Below, in pieces: positions 54,541 through 64,000 of a stretch of DNA of 64,000 nucleotides. The notes under the pieces are model-generated. The model saw only the letters and a list, made by a program, of their open reading frames with translations. It was not told the origin of the DNA and made no database searches. This DNA comes from Terriglobia bacterium. Lineage in GTDB: Bacteria > Acidobacteriota > Terriglobia > Terriglobales > Acidobacteriaceae. Every line of letters starts with the position of its first letter. Position 1 is the stretch's first letter. The stretch lies in the NCBI GenBank assembly GCA_963823085.1, contig CAWGKF010000016.1:126824-190823 (forward strand), in the 5' to 3' direction. Position numbers and translations under genes: made by a program.

Positions 54541-56400
54541 ATGGACAGACTGAAGGCGGTCTTGCCGGAGGTATGGAAGTTAATGCGTCCGCGCCGCGGA
54601 CTGCTCGCCATTGGTTTCGTGCTGATGGTGATCAACAAACTGGCGGCCTTCGTTCTGCCGTACTCTTCGAAATTCCTGATCGACAACGTTGTAGGCAGGC
54701 ATCAGACCGGGCTGTTACGCCCATTGGTGATTGCGGTGTTGGCAGCGACGGTCATCCAAGGTATTACATCTTTTTCGCTGACCCAACTGCTCTCGAAAGC
54801 GGCACAGCGGCTGATTGCCGATTTGCGGGAGCAGGTGCAAGCGCACATCTCACGGCTTCCCGTGGCTTATTACGATGCGAACAAAACGGGCGCACTGGTT
54901 TCACGAATCATGACCGACGTGGAAGGCGTGCGCAATCTACTGGGAACTGGGCTGGTCGAGTTCACCGGAGGGCTCGTAGCGGCAGGAATCGCGTTAGTTC
55001 TGTTGATCCGGATCAGCGCGCCGCTGACTTTGATTGCTGTGGGATCGCTGGGTTGCTTCGCTTTCGCGCTGAATAGGGCATTTGCGACGATCCGTCCGAT
55101 TTTCCGCGAGCGCGGAAAGATCAATGCGGAGGTCACCGGGCGGCTAACAGAATCGTTGGGCGGTGTGCGCGTAATCAAGGGGTACCACGCGGAAGAGCGT
55201 GAAGAGAAGATTTTCGCGGGTGGAGTGCGGCGCTTGCTCGAGAACGTGATGCGGACACTGACCGCGACCTCGCTGATGAGTCTTTCTGCCAGCGTGCTTC
55301 TCGGTGTAGTAGGCGCGGCGACGATGTACGTTGGCGGCCGCCAAATGGTTGCGCACACTCTGACCCCCGGAAGTTATTTTTCTTACAACTTCCTGCTTGT
55401 GTTTTTGATTGCGCCGATCATGCAGGTCGTGACGATCGGAACACAGTTAACGGAGGCCCTGGCCGGATTGGAACGGACGCAGGAGATTATGAGCGAGCGT
55501 CCGGAAGACCAGGATCCGAATCGTACGGTGGAACTGGAAGACATTGTGGGGCTGGTTGAATTTGACGATGTGAGCTTCAGTTACGACGGCACGCATGAAG
55601 TTCTGCATAACATATCGTTTCGCTCGCAACCGGGGACGGTGACGGCGCTGGTGGGGTCCTCGGGATCGGGGAAGTCCACGACGATTGGACTGATTTCAGC
55701 TTTTTATGTGCCATCGAAAGGAACAGTGCGAGTCGATGACGTGGATCTGAGCACGGTGCGTCTGGATTCTTTCCGCACGCGATTGGGCGTGGTGCTGCAA
55801 GAATCGTTCTTGTTTGATGGAACGATTCGCGAGAATGTCGCGTTCTCGCGGCCCGACGCGACCGAGGAACAGATCATGCGAGCGTGCCGAATTGCGCGTG
55901 TCGATGAGTTCGCGGAATCGTTTGCCGAAAAATACGACACGATCGTGGGCGAACGCGGAGTGAAGCTTTCCGGAGGGCAACGTCAGCGAATTTCGATTGC
56001 CCGGGCCATTCTGGCTGAACCGCGGATTCTGATTCTCGATGAGGCAACTTCCAGCCTGGACTCCGAATCGGAACAACTCATACAGCAGGGACTTTCCTAC
56101 CTGATGCAGGGACGAACGACTTTTGTCATCGCGCATCGACTATCGACGATTCGACGTGCCGATCAGATCATGGTGATGGAACAGGGGCAAATTGTGGAGC
56201 GAGGAACTCATGCGCAGCTCTATGCGGCGCGCGGGCGCTACTACGATCTGTACACGCGTCAGCACGGCGTGGAAGAAAACCTGTTTCTGGCGCCGGGGGA
56301 AGGCGATGCCTTGGTGGCGAACGGAAATGGAGCCGACGCCAAGAATGGCGATGTGAAATCCGGAGACGCGCTCAGCGTGCTGCGAGGAGCGATTCGTTAA
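54541..56400 (+). CDS. ABC exporter, fused permease/ATPase (MsbA-like)
   Basis: Six-TM N-terminal half, Walker [10 protein letters not shown], signature LSGGQRQRISIARA, and Walker B ILILDEATS. Confidence 0.9.
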   Translation: MDRLKAVLPEVWKLMRPRRGLLAIGFVLMVINKLAAFVLPYSSKFLIDNVVGRHQTGLLRPLVIAVLAATVIQGITSFSLTQLLSKAAQRLIADLREQVQAHISRLPVAYYDANKTGALVSRIMTDVEGVRNLLGTGLVEFTGGLVAAGIALVLLIRISAPLTLIAVGSLGCFAFALNRAFATIRPIFRERGKINAEVTGRLTESLGGVRVIKGYHAEEREEKIFAGGVRRLLENVMRTLTATSLMSLSASVLLGVVGAATMYVGGRQMVAHTLTPGSYFSYNFLLVFLIAPIMQVVTIGTQLTEALAGLERTQEIMSERPEDQDPNRTVELEDIVGLVEFDDVSFSYDGTHEVLHNISFRSQPGTVTALVGSSGSGKSTTIGLISAFYVPSKGTVRVDDVDLSTVRLDSFRTRLGVVLQESFLFDGTIRENVAFSRPDATEEQIMRACRIARVDEFAESFAEKYDTIVGERGVKLSGGQRQRISIARAILAEPRILILDEATSSLDSESEQLIQQGLSYLMQGRTTFVIAHRLSTIRRADQIMVMEQGQIVERGTHAQLYAARGRYYDLYTRQHGVEENLFLAPGEGDALVANGNGADAKNGDVKSGDALSVLRGAIR

Positions 56401-56404
56401 GGTC

Positions 56405-57154
56405 ATGACGAGTGCTCCCACGGTTTCAACTTCCTCCACGACGGTAGCGATCCACAGCGAAAATGTTTGCCGTCATTACCGCATGGGAGAGACGGTCATC
56501 CGGGCCGTGGACGGCGTATCGCTTCAGGTCAATGCGGGAGAGTTTGTCGCGCTACTCGGCAGCTCAGGTTCCGGGAAGTCGTCGATGTTAAATCTGATTG
56601 CAGGACTGGACCGTCCAACGTCGGGTAGCGTGGTCGTGCAGAACCGGGACTTGGCCAAACTATCGCGTGAAGAACTAGCCAAATATAGGCTACATGTTGT
56701 GGGGATGGTGTTTCAGTCGTTCAATCTAATCCCGAGCATGACGCTGATCGAGAATGTTGAATTGCCGCTGCGGTTTGCGGAAGTTGACCGCAGTCGGCGC
56801 GAATCCATTGCTCGCGAGGCCCTGGAGCGGGTGGGATTGCGGGCGCGAGTGAATCACCGGCCCAGTGAGCTTTCGGGCGGAGAACAGCAACGGGCCGCGC
56901 TGGCGCGGGCGTTGATCAACCGTCCAAAACTTTTGCTGGCGGACGAACCTACGGGAAATCTGGACAGTCACACGGGCACAGAAATTATGGACATGCTGCG
57001 AGAGTTCAACCAGGCACTGGGTATGACCGTGGTGATGGTCACGCATGAGCGAGCGTTGGCTGAACGATATGCACAGAGAATGATTTTTCTTGCCGATGGG
57101 AAGCTGGTGGACGACCGGCCGAATAACCCGGCGGCAGTGGAGGCTCGGCGATGA
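56405..57154 (+). CDS. ABC transporter ATP-binding protein (MacB/LolD-type)
   Basis: [35 protein letters not shown]. Its stop overlaps the next start (ATGA). Confidence 0.9.
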   Translation: MTSAPTVSTSSTTVAIHSENVCRHYRMGETVIRAVDGVSLQVNAGEFVALLGSSGSGKSSMLNLIAGLDRPTSGSVVVQNRDLAKLSREELAKYRLHVVGMVFQSFNLIPSMTLIENVELPLRFAEVDRSRRESIAREALERVGLRARVNHRPSELSGGEQQRAALARALINRPKLLLADEPTGNLDSHTGTEIMDMLREFNQALGMTVVMVTHERALAERYAQRMIFLADGKLVDDRPNNPAAVEARR

Positions 57155-58551
57155 AACTGCCGGACCTTACGGAGCTCGCACTGCGGAACCTGCGCGAATC
57201 GTTCCTGCGCAATTCTCTGACTACGATCGGCATCTCAGTCGGGGTAGCGTCGCTGGTGGCGATGCTATCGCTGGGAACTGGACTGCAACAGCTGTTCACA
57301 CGGCGGTTGGCGAAGTCCGGATTGTTCGACACGATTTACGTTTCATCGCGACGCGAGATGCGGGGAATGGGACGCGCAGAGGAACGAAACGGACCGATCC
57401 CGGGGCAAAGCCGCATCCTGGATGAGGCTGCGCGAATCGAGATAGAGCATCTGCCGAACGTGAGCGAGGCATATCCCGACATACGTTTCTCCACTGAACT
57501 TCGTTTTGAAGACAATCCGCATCTGACGATCGTCTCGGCCCTGCCCCAGTCGGCGAAAAGCAATGACGCGTTCGAAAACATGCAAGGCTCATTCTTCTCG
57601 TCGGAGACGGCTCCGGAAGTGATCCTGCAGAAGTCATTTGCGGAAGAATTGTTGGGGAAGACGCCTCCGCTCGGAGCACCAGAACCCAGCGTGTCGGAGC
57701 TGGCGCAGCCACTTCTCGGAAAGGAGCTCGTGATGCGCTATGCGCAGCGGGAGGTCACTCCGTCAGAAGCGCCTGCGACAAGTGGGACGGCAACCGGGGA
57801 TGATTTTGCGGGAGCATCCTATTCGGTCGTATCGCGCGAACAGAAACTGAAGATTGTCGGGGTCTCCGATCTCGATCCGGAGAGCATGCGGGGACCGACC
57901 CGGGCGAGGGTTTTCTTGCCCCTCAAACTCGCGGAGAGTCTGCATGTAATGCAACCGACCGATCTGCGGGAAATTTCCCGAGCCGCGAGCGACCAACCGG
58001 CCTACTCGTCCATCAGCGTCCGGGTGAAGAATCCGTCACAGATACAGAGCGTCGAAGATGCGGTCAAGAAGATGGGATTTACTACCTTCTCGATCCTGGA
58101 TGCGAGCCGCAGCCTGCAGCAAGTGTTCAAAGTCTTGTATGCGTTTTTGGGGATTTTCGGCAGTCTTGCTTTGGCGGTCGCGTCGATTGGAATTGTAAAT
58201 ACGCTGGTGATGGCGATCCTGGAACGACGTCGGGAAATCGGCATCATGAAGGCGATTGGCGCCAGCGATGCGGACGTAAGAAAGTTGTTTTTTGCCGAGG
58301 CGGGAGCGATGGGAATTTTCGGCGGAGTGATCGGGGTCATCCTCGGATGGGCGATCGGTCAAGTCATCAACTTCGGGACGAATATCTACCTCAAGAGCCA
58401 ATCCATACCTCCGGAGCATTTCTGGGCGGTGCCGTGGTGGCTAGTCGCGTTTGCGATCGGCTTTGCATTTTTGGTCAGCCTGGTTTCCGGACTTTATCCG
58501 GCAGGACGCGCCGCCAGGCTCGATCCTGTACAGGCGTTGCGCTACGAATAG
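57151..58551 (+). CDS. ABC transporter permease, FtsX/MacB family with large periplasmic domain
   Basis: N-terminal TM, a ~270-aa extracytoplasmic region, and a C-terminal FtsX-like 3-TM bundle ('REIGIMKAIGAS', 'GLYPAGRAARLDPVQALRYE'). Confidence 0.85.
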   Translation: MKLPDLTELALRNLRESFLRNSLTTIGISVGVASLVAMLSLGTGLQQLFTRRLAKSGLFDTIYVSSRREMRGMGRAEERNGPIPGQSRILDEAARIEIEHLPNVSEAYPDIRFSTELRFEDNPHLTIVSALPQSAKSNDAFENMQGSFFSSETAPEVILQKSFAEELLGKTPPLGAPEPSVSELAQPLLGKELVMRYAQREVTPSEAPATSGTATGDDFAGASYSVVSREQKLKIVGVSDLDPESMRGPTRARVFLPLKLAESLHVMQPTDLREISRAASDQPAYSSISVRVKNPSQIQSVEDAVKKMGFTTFSILDASRSLQQVFKVLYAFLGIFGSLALAVASIGIVNTLVMAILERRREIGIMKAIGASDADVRKLFFAEAGAMGIFGGVIGVILGWAIGQVINFGTNIYLKSQSIPPEHFWAVPWWLVAFAIGFAFLVSLVSGLYPAGRAARLDPVQALRYE

Positions 58552-58560
58552 ATTGACGGC

Positions 58561-59460
58561 ATGAGTTTCAATCATTGGGTCCGCTTTGTTCCCCTTCTAA
58601 TCCTGGCCGCGATCCCCGCGACTGGGCAAAGCCGCATTGATTGCAGCGCTCTGCAAAGCAAGATCCTGAAGCGACCGGTTCGTTATTGCGTCTACATTCC
58701 GTCGGGTTACGATGATGGCGCGAAGGAACATCCGGTGCGAAGGTATCCGGTTTTGTATTTCCTGCATGGTTTGGGGGACAACGAGCAGACGCTATTCAAT
58801 AGTGGTGGCTGGACTCTGGTCGACGATTTGCGGAAGCAGCACAAGATGGGGGATTTTCTGATCGTCGCGCCTGAGGGCCGAAGAAGCTTCTATATCAATT
58901 CCGCGGATGGATCGGTTCGGTACAGCGACTTCTTCCTGCAAGAATTCATGCCGCACATTGAGAGCAAGTACCGTATTGCTGGCGGACGCGGCAATCGGGC
59001 AATCAGCGGAATCTCGATGGGGGGGTATGGTGCGCTACGGTTTGCGTTTGCACGTCCGGAATTGTTCTCGGCAGTGAGTGCGCAGAGCGCCGCCCTGATG
59101 ACGGAATCACCGCAGCAAATCGATGCGGCGTCGCAGTCGGGAGCACCGCTCATGAGCGTTTTGGGGCTGGTGTTTGGCAGGCCGATTAACGTGCGACATT
59201 GGAACGAAAATAATCCGCTGCTTCTGGCGAAGAAGAATGCCGAAGCGCTGCGCAGGATGGCGATTTACTTCAACTGCGGACAAGATGACAACTACGGATT
59301 CGAAGAGGGAGCCGAGGCGCTACATAAGGAACTACTGCAGGAACACATTAAGCACGAATATCATCTTTATCCCGGCGATCACAGCATTACGTATTTCCTC
59401 TCGCATTTCGCCGAAGTAATGGAGTTTCATTCGAAGGCGTTCGGGCTACTGCCGCAGTGA
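58561..59460 (+). CDS. Secreted esterase-family alpha/beta hydrolase
   Basis: Signal peptide, 'YPVLYFLHGLGDN', and nucleophile elbow GISMGGYGA. Confidence 0.8.
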   Translation: MSFNHWVRFVPLLILAAIPATGQSRIDCSALQSKILKRPVRYCVYIPSGYDDGAKEHPVRRYPVLYFLHGLGDNEQTLFNSGGWTLVDDLRKQHKMGDFLIVAPEGRRSFYINSADGSVRYSDFFLQEFMPHIESKYRIAGGRGNRAISGISMGGYGALRFAFARPELFSAVSAQSAALMTESPQQIDAASQSGAPLMSVLGLVFGRPINVRHWNENNPLLLAKKNAEALRRMAIYFNCGQDDNYGFEEGAEALHKELLQEHIKHEYHLYPGDHSITYFLSHFAEVMEFHSKAFGLLPQ

Positions 59461-59610
59461 CACGGTCACCGTGCGTTTCTCGCTCTCCAAGCTGCGATTC
59501 AGCGCAGAGGGCACAGGCGAAACGGCTCATGTAAACTAGAGCACAGGCAGGAACATTTTTTTCGTGCGGTTCGCCCGAACTGCAAACCTAGTGTGGCTCC
59601 GATGTAGCCC

Positions 59611-59700
59611 GGAGAGTTGGCCGAGTGGTTGATGGCACCGGTCTTGAAAACCGGCATACGGGAAACCGTATCGGGGGTTCGAATCCCTCACTCTCCGCCA
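59611..59700 (+). tRNA. tRNA-Ser (anticodon UGA), CCA encoded
   Basis: Manual cloverleaf: acceptor GGAGAGT/ACTCTCC; anticodon stem CCGGT/ACCGG with loop CTTGAAA; an 18-nt variable arm; T-arm GGGGG-TTCGAAT-CCCTC; 3' GCCA. Confidence 0.9.
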
Positions 59701-59713
59701 GATTCCTTCAGCG

Positions 59714-59748
59714 AGCCCGAAATCTTGGCCATCATCGGGCTTGTTCTT
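59714..59748 (+). terminator. Hairpin downstream of tRNA-Ser (possible terminator)
   Basis: agcccga-(14 nt)-tcgggct followed by tgttctt. Confidence 0.35.
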
Positions 59749-59791
59749 GGTCCTAACCTTTGCTCGAGCGATTGCATCCAAGCCTTGGCAT

Positions 59792-61303
59792 ATGCAGAAT
59801 CTCACGCGCCGGGCGCTACTCAAACTCGGAGGTGCTGCGGCAGTGGCAGAACTGTCCTGTCTGGGTCTGCAGAGTTGTGGCGTTTCAAATGTAGTTCCAT
59901 TCCTTGGGTCCGGGTGCGCCAAGTTAACGGACATTGAACATGTGGTGATCCTCACACAGGAAAATCGGTCTTTCGATCACTATTTTGGAAGCTATCGGGG
60001 AGTGCGCGGATTCTCCGATCAGAGTGCCGCGTTCCAGCAACCCGACTCCGCGAATACCACGATCTCACCGGTCGGGCAACTTCTCCCATTTCATCTGGAC
60101 ACCTCAAAAGTAAATGCAGCGTGCACCCACGACATCAGCCATGACTGGGTGCCACAACACCAAAGCTGGGATAACGGCAAGATGGACGGCTTCGTGAATT
60201 CTCGTTTGCCGATTGATACCAACGATGCAGTGCTGAGTATGGGCTATTACACCCGCTCGGATCTTCCCTACTACTACGCGCTGGCGGACGCATTCACGAT
60301 ATGCGACAACTATTTTTGTTCCGTCATTGGGCCGACCGATCCGAATCGTCTGTACACGATGGCGGCCTCGCTCGATCCTGATGGGAAGAATGGTGGACCG
60401 ATATTACAGACGATTGTCACCAATCGCTCGGCAATGTACGGCCGTCTGACGTATACGACGATGCCCGAACAGCTGCAGGCTCGGGGAATTTCCTGGAAGG
60501 TTTATTCCTCTCCGGACGAGAATATTCTTGGTGGGATTTTGTCGGACAACGTGCTCTCGTATTTCAAGAATTTCCAGGATCCTGCATCGGTGCTGCATCA
60601 GAATGCATTTGGACCACAGTTCCCGACGGACTTCCTGTCTGATGTGACACTTGGCAATTTGCCGCAAGTATCCTGGCTCATCGGCTCAGTTGTGACTTCG
60701 GACCATCCGCCTGCTCCTTCAGTTTTTGGAGAGAGCATTCTTTCGCTCGTCGTCGCTGCTCTGAGCGCGAACCCTGTACTCTGGGCGAAGACAGTTTTGT
60801 TTGTGAATTTCGATGAGAATGGCGGGTTCTTTGACCATGTGCCGCCGACCATTGCGCCTCCCGGCACGCCTGGCGAATATGTAACCGCACCAGCGGTTCC
60901 GGATCCGACCGTGGTTGGCAGTCCAGCGATCAGCGGACCGATTGGGTTGGGCTTTCGCGTTCCGATGTTGATCATTTCACCGTTCAGTCGCGGGGGACTC
61001 GTGTCCTCGGACCTCTTCGATCACACTTCGGTATTACGTTTTTTGGAGGCTCGGTTCGGGGCGGAAGTACCGAATTTGAGTGCTTGGCGCCGGGCCACCG
61101 TCGGAGACCTCACCAGCGCCTTCAACTTCAAAAATCCTGATCTATCTATTCCGAGTCTGCCATCTCCCCTGCAAGCCGATGCACAGGCAATTCAAGAATG
61201 CGCAGCTAACCTGGCAGGCACAGCACCTTTCAACGTACCTGCTACACAGGCCCTTCCGACGCAGGAATCCGGGACAGCGAACCGCCCGAGCGGAGCATGC
61301 TAG
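59792..61303 (+). CDS. Tat-exported phosphoesterase-family protein (non-hemolytic phospholipase C / acid phosphatase AcpA-like)
   Basis: Twin-arginine 'LTRRALLKLGGAAA', plus the 'TQENRSFDHYFGSYRGVRGF' phosphoesterase family signature. Confidence 0.85.
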   Translation: MQNLTRRALLKLGGAAAVAELSCLGLQSCGVSNVVPFLGSGCAKLTDIEHVVILTQENRSFDHYFGSYRGVRGFSDQSAAFQQPDSANTTISPVGQLLPFHLDTSKVNAACTHDISHDWVPQHQSWDNGKMDGFVNSRLPIDTNDAVLSMGYYTRSDLPYYYALADAFTICDNYFCSVIGPTDPNRLYTMAASLDPDGKNGGPILQTIVTNRSAMYGRLTYTTMPEQLQARGISWKVYSSPDENILGGILSDNVLSYFKNFQDPASVLHQNAFGPQFPTDFLSDVTLGNLPQVSWLIGSVVTSDHPPAPSVFGESILSLVVAALSANPVLWAKTVLFVNFDENGGFFDHVPPTIAPPGTPGEYVTAPAVPDPTVVGSPAISGPIGLGFRVPMLIISPFSRGGLVSSDLFDHTSVLRFLEARFGAEVPNLSAWRRATVGDLTSAFNFKNPDLSIPSLPSPLQADAQAIQECAANLAGTAPFNVPATQALPTQESGTANRPSGAC

Positions 61304-61313
61304 TCAGGCATTC

Positions 61314-63974
61314 CTAGGAAAACGTTCGGAGGTCGCTGGAGGTTCCCCCGGCCGCCGGGACGTAACACTTCAGCGTGTAGTCCATCACCATACGGTCGGC
61401 ATTGAAGCGCCAGCCTAAGGTGCGGATGGTGCGCTTCATGCGCTTGATCCAGCCGCGAGGCAATCCGTCGCGATCGCGCTGGTAATAGAGCGGGATCACT
61501 TCTTCGCGCAGCGTGCGCATCAGATCCTCTCCGTCGCGAGTGTCGTGAACGTTGATGTTGGAATGAGTCTTGCCCGTCCCAATAGCGAAGCCGTTAATGC
61601 CATCGTAAGCTTCCGCCCACCAGCCATCGAGAATCGACAGATTGAGGCCGCCATTCAAAACGACTTTTTGTCCGCTGGTGCCGGAGGCTTCCAGTGGACG
61701 GCGCGGGTTGTTGAGCCAGACGTCGACGCCCTGGACGAAGTGCCGGCCGACATTGATGTCGTAGTCTTCCACGAAAACGAACTTGTTGCGGAACTTGGGC
61801 TCTCGCATCAGTTCAGCGATCTGCTGTAGAACGCGTTTGCCGGGTTCATCGAGTGGATGGGCCTTGCCGGCAAAGACGAATTGCACCGGCCGGTTGGGAT
61901 CATTGACCATGGAAGCAAGGCGCTCGATGTCGGTCAGAATCAGATTGGCGCGCTTGTAAGTCGCGAAGCGCCGGGCAAAGCCGATGGTCAGGGCATCGGG
62001 GCTAAGAACACCTTCCAGATGGTCCAAAACTTCTGGGGACTCGCCTCGGCGCTCGGCCTGAGCGACGGCACGCCGGCGCACGAAATCGATAAGTTGCGAT
62101 TTGAGGTTGAGGTGAGTTTCCCAGAGTTCGCCATCGTCGACGCTCTCGATGCCCAACCAGATTTTGGCTTCGCTGCCGCGCTGATGCCAGTCTGTGCCGA
62201 GATGCCGGTCATACAGCCGGAACATCTGTGGAGCGAGCCAAGATGGAACGTGCACTCCGTTTGTGACGTGCCCGATGGGAATCTCGTCTTCCGGCTTGCC
62301 TTTATAGAGGCCAGTCCACATGGCGCGCGAGACCTCGCCGTGCAGCGCAGAGACAGCGTTCGCGCGGCGAGACAGGCGGAGAGCCAGTACGGTCATACAG
62401 AAGAGTTCGTCAGCGTTGGTGGGATTTTCGCGGCCGAGACCGAGCAGGCTGTCTTGCGACAGACCCAAGGCTTCGCGAAGTGGGCCGATGTGCTCTTCTA
62501 CGAGCCTGGCATCGAAACGGTCGTGGCCTGCCGGTACAGGGGTATGAGTCGTGAAAACCACTTCTCGCGATATACGAGGAACGGCTGCGTCGAAGCCGAT
62601 GCCTTCATCTTCCATGCGCATGCGAATCGCTTCCAGTACCGCGAAGGCGCTATGGCCCTCATTCAAATGAAAGACTCCGGGAGTGATGCCGAGGGCCTTG
62701 AGGGCGCGCAAGCCGCCAACACCGAGCAGTAATTCCTGGCGAATGCGAATGCGAAGGTCGCCGCCATAGAGGCGGGAGGTGAGTTCGCGGTCCTCGGGAG
62801 CATTGCCTTCGACGTCGGAATCGAGCAACAGCAAATCGCGGCGTCCGACTTTCACTCGCCAGACTTTCGCTTGAATGCGACCGCTGCGCGTATCGATTGC
62901 GACAACAACGGGGCGCCCATCTTTCCCGATTGCCGACTCCATGGGCAACTGGTTCACGTCGGTATCGAGGTACTCTTCCCGCTGCCATCCATTGAGATCA
63001 AGATGCTGGCGGAAGTAACCCTGAGGGTAGAACAGGCCTACGCCGACGAGGGGGATGTCCAAATCGGAGGCACTTTTGATGTGGTCGCCGGCGAGAACGC
63101 CCAGGCCACCGGAATAAATGGGTAAAGATTCGTGGACTCCGAATTCCGCAGAGAAGTAGGCGACGGGATGAGGCCGAAGAACTCCGGCATGGCGTGTTCC
63201 CCAAGTCCGATCGGCTTCAAGATATTCGAGCATGCGCCGGTAGGCGTAATTTACGCGGCTGTGAAGCATGAGCTCGGTGGCGCGAGTCTCAAGCTTGGAT
63301 AAAGGCATCCCGTTCAGCAACGCAATCGGATTGTGGTTGACTTCATTCCAGCGAGTCGGATCGAGATCGAGGAAGAGGCTCCCGGAGTTGTGATCCCAGC
63401 TCCACCAGAGATTGCGGGCGAGAGCCCAGAGACGCTCCTGTAGAGGGGCGATGAAGCGATCGAGGGTGCGAGCTTCGCTGACGACAGGGGCGACTTGCGT
63501 GGCCGCCTCTGTCAGCATACGAATTTCGTCTGCACTGAAGACACGCGCTTCAATGGTCTGGACGACGAGGACCCCTTGCAGAATGCCACGATCAATCAGC
63601 GGAACACCCAGGAAAGACTGGTAAGCGTCTTCGCCGGAGTCGCGAAAATACTTGAAACGGGGATGGTTTTTCACCTGGCTTACCGAGACAGGCTGAACCT
63701 GTTCGGCTACGAGGCCCGTGAGACCTTCGTGGACCGCCATGCGGAGATTGCCAATGCATTCCCGGCGGAGCCCGACTGTCGCAGCCAACACCAGATTGGC
63801 CCGATCGGGCTCCAGCAAATAGGCTGAGCAGACGTCAGTGCGGAACCGCTTTGCAATGAGGGCGACGACGTTCATCAGCGTATCCGCGGATTGCCCGCCG
63901 TCGGCGGCCAGGTGCTCGATTTCTTCCAGTGTAAGAACGTTCTTGTCTTCAGTGGTGCGCACTGCTTGATCCAT
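61314..63974 (-). CDS. glgP: Alpha-glucan (glycogen/maltodextrin) phosphorylase with N-terminal GAF domain
   Basis: The N-terminal ~170 aa is GAF-like. It is followed by 'WWSWDHN' (DUF3417-type) and GT35 motifs: 'YFSAEFG...YSGGLGVLAGDH', 'FTTHTPVPAGHD', 'FARRFATYKR' and 'EASGTSGQK'. Confidence 0.9.
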   Translation of the reverse strand: MDQAVRTTEDKNVLTLEEIEHLAADGGQSADTLMNVVALIAKRFRTDVCSAYLLEPDRANLVLAATVGLRRECIGNLRMAVHEGLTGLVAEQVQPVSVSQVKNHPRFKYFRDSGEDAYQSFLGVPLIDRGILQGVLVVQTIEARVFSADEIRMLTEAATQVAPVVSEARTLDRFIAPLQERLWALARNLWWSWDHNSGSLFLDLDPTRWNEVNHNPIALLNGMPLSKLETRATELMLHSRVNYAYRRMLEYLEADRTWGTRHAGVLRPHPVAYFSAEFGVHESLPIYSGGLGVLAGDHIKSASDLDIPLVGVGLFYPQGYFRQHLDLNGWQREEYLDTDVNQLPMESAIGKDGRPVVVAIDTRSGRIQAKVWRVKVGRRDLLLLDSDVEGNAPEDRELTSRLYGGDLRIRIRQELLLGVGGLRALKALGITPGVFHLNEGHSAFAVLEAIRMRMEDEGIGFDAAVPRISREVVFTTHTPVPAGHDRFDARLVEEHIGPLREALGLSQDSLLGLGRENPTNADELFCMTVLALRLSRRANAVSALHGEVSRAMWTGLYKGKPEDEIPIGHVTNGVHVPSWLAPQMFRLYDRHLGTDWHQRGSEAKIWLGIESVDDGELWETHLNLKSQLIDFVRRRAVAQAERRGESPEVLDHLEGVLSPDALTIGFARRFATYKRANLILTDIERLASMVNDPNRPVQFVFAGKAHPLDEPGKRVLQQIAELMREPKFRNKFVFVEDYDINVGRHFVQGVDVWLNNPRRPLEASGTSGQKVVLNGGLNLSILDGWWAEAYDGINGFAIGTGKTHSNINVHDTRDGEDLMRTLREEVIPLYYQRDRDGLPRGWIKRMKRTIRTLGWRFNADRMVMDYTLKCYVPAAGGTSSDLRTFS

Positions 63975-64000
63975 ATCTGCCGCTATCTCGTATCCTTCCA

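Noticed and set aside
59611-59700. Possible tRNA-Sec, given the long variable arm and the candidate selenoprotein elsewhere in the window.
   Set aside because: The anticodon loop CTTGAAA gives anticodon UGA (reads UCA, Ser), not UCA. The acceptor stem is a normal 7 bp and the overall fold is a standard class II tRNA-Ser.
59701-61303. A genomic island integrated at the tRNA-Ser 3' end.
   Set aside because: There is no integrase, no visible direct repeat of the tRNA 3' end downstream, and the next genes (a phosphoesterase and a convergent phosphorylase) look like ordinary chromosomal genes.

Overview
Moderately GC-rich bacterial chromosomal segment. The protein families and the short interspersed repeats look Acidobacteriota-like, but that is an inference from pattern recognition, not a database hit. 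I call about 48 CDS, one tRNA-Ser(UGA) and several families of short intergenic repeats. I saw no rRNA, CRISPR array, transposase or integrase.

Most genes are housekeeping or envelope functions:
- Core functions: peptide deformylase, adenosine deaminase, UvrD/PcrA helicase, Mfd, GalU, Fpr-type reductase and PPK2.
- A split branched-chain amino acid cluster: ilvC-ilvB-ilvN, then ilvD, then leuC-leuD.
- An MdtABC-type RND efflux operon, three ABC transporter genes, and a NarL-type two-component system.
- Many secreted beta-propeller proteins.
- A GAF-fused alpha-glucan phosphorylase.

The most interesting locus is a minus-strand gene at 30448..31152. It is split by a single in-frame TGA exactly at the catalytic selenocysteine position of the iodothyronine-deiodinase family motif (FGSxT-U-PPF ... 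VYIxEAHPSDxW). A SECIS-like hairpin lies at the expected distance downstream of that TGA.

Other candidates:
- A type III PKS / FAD-oxidoreductase / YceI operon behind a perfect 16-bp palindrome.
- An exported DUF6569/ARPP-1-like protein.
- An orphan radical SAM enzyme with a Cys-rich C-terminus.
- A two-component system translationally coupled to a Tat-exported CRTAC1-like protein.
- A repeat-dense 1.1-kb non-coding gap upstream of ilvC.

All functional calls come from reading motifs in the supplied translations and DNA. No searches were run.
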